Source: a virus
Direction: 5' to 3' (one strand)
Length of the DNA stretch: 64,000 nucleotides
IMG/VR virus record: IMGVR_UViG_3300032144_000385
Location: 4,766 to 68,765 of that record
The position numbers and the translations under genes are program-made. The notes under the pieces were generated by a model that saw only the letters and a list, made by a program, of their open reading frames with translations, was not told the DNA's origin and ran no database searches. Positions 63,923 through 64,000 of this stretch are shown here, in pieces. Each line of letters starts with the position of its first letter. Within the stretch, counting starts at the first letter, position 1.

Positions 63923-64000
63923 GGCGGGGCGGCCGGGGCGCCGGCGCTTGTCCGCCGGGGCGGCCTTGGGCCGGGGCGAGGCGCGCAGGCGCTTGGCGTC

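Overview
The whole window is a very GC-rich (over 70% by eye) tailed-phage genome segment of siphovirus type. Essentially every credible gene lies on the minus strand, mostly coupled by ATGA/GTGA/TAGTG overlaps, so the long Arg/Pro/Gly-rich ORFs in the track are shadow frames. In transcription order (right to left): TerS; TerL with a homing-endonuclease intein; lipoprotein; portal; virion accessory proteins; head-tail adaptors; MuF-like protein; XkdF-like protease; scaffold; decoration protein; major capsid; tail genes (tube, chaperones, tape measure, distal tail, DUF2163-type hub, tail tip); a lysis-position pair (HExxH lipoprotein and holin-like protein) and a terminator. A replication/recombination module follows: SNF2 helicase, SSB-like protein, RecD/Dda helicase, DNA MTase, DEDDh and Cas4-like nucleases, family A polymerase, PD-(D/E)xK nuclease and primase-helicase. 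The left part is a long accessory region with an outer-membrane beta-barrel, two beta-clamp-like genes, UDG-like proteins, a metallophosphoesterase, SSB, a serine recombinase and a repeat-rich control region. The host is inferred, not shown, to be a diderm, possibly Planctomycetota-like. The most notable items are: a Pro1/Cys-F4 class-3-like intein lacking the rest of the WCT signature; a tRNA-like RNA whose anticodon arm is replaced by a long hairpin; a secreted sulfatase plus two other glycan-active candidates outside the virion module; a cassette-like gene array joined by repeated KAARGD-stop/MEPIY junctions; a lysis position with no recognisable endolysin; and an Acb2/Tad1-like candidate. 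All family assignments come from motif recognition by eye; no searches were run.
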